In this document: in pieces, positions 63,926 through 64,000 of the stretch | Layout: every line of letters begins with the position of its first letter | How positions within the stretch are numbered: position 1 is the first letter of the stretch | DNA from: a virus | Length of the DNA: 64,000 bases | IMG/VR virus record: IMGVR_UViG_3300002835_000013 | Direction: 5' to 3' (one strand) | The notes under the pieces: model-generated | What the model was told of the DNA's origin: nothing | Database searches by the model: none | Seen by the model: the letters and a program-made list of their open reading frames with translations, nothing else | Translations under genes and position numbers: made by a program

Positions 63926-64000
63926 TGGTGCTTCGTATGGGTATCGATCCCATCTTTCCCGCTTGAGAGGCGAGTGTCCTAGCCAATAGACGAACGAAGC
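63926..64000 (-). tRNA. tRNA-Glu(CUC)
   Basis: Cloverleaf, anticodon CTC, CCA; 5' end at the window edge. Confidence 0.88.

Noticed and set aside
1-64000. Stop-codon reassignment
   Set aside because: Core genes are full length in the standard code, TAG and TGA end genes at expected positions, and no suppressor tRNA is present in this window

Overview
This window is a 64 kb segment of a large T4-like (myovirus) phage genome. The host is most likely an alphaproteobacterium (Hyphomicrobiales-like), inferred from a permuted two-piece tmRNA with an ANDN...ALAA tag, a tRNA-His without G-1, and rhizobial-type envelope genes. Bases 1-5022 (+) carry baseplate genes (gp48, gp54-like, gp26, gp51) and a 1012-aa triple muralytic protein. 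Almost everything else is on the minus strand: replication and metabolism genes (gp32, gp59, gp33, exonuclease, PhoH, DNA ligase, RNase H, NrdJ, ThyX, gp61 primase, glutaredoxin, SpeD, deaminase); an early region (19.4-27.7 kb) of small ORFs driven by six repeated promoter cassettes; RtcB; a PvuII-like R-M cassette; cell-envelope enzymes; a cluster of probable protease-processed internal head polyproteins (44-54 kb); and ten tRNAs at the right end. The most unusual signals are: (i) a second RNA unit beside the tmRNA that reuses the closing stem of the tmRNA intervening segment; (ii) a covarying structured leader shared by two unrelated, antisense-inserted homing endonuclease genes; (iii) a tandem array of ~40-aa micro-ORFs ending in W-x-V-P-G-T; (iv) internal-head polyproteins built from IDE-delimited modules, with a possible -1 frameshift, next to a ligase-like protein and an NTase/peptidase/kinase protein; and (v) small ORFs bracketed by direct repeats that duplicate gene junctions. 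All family assignments come from motifs recognised by eye; no database search or folding program was run.
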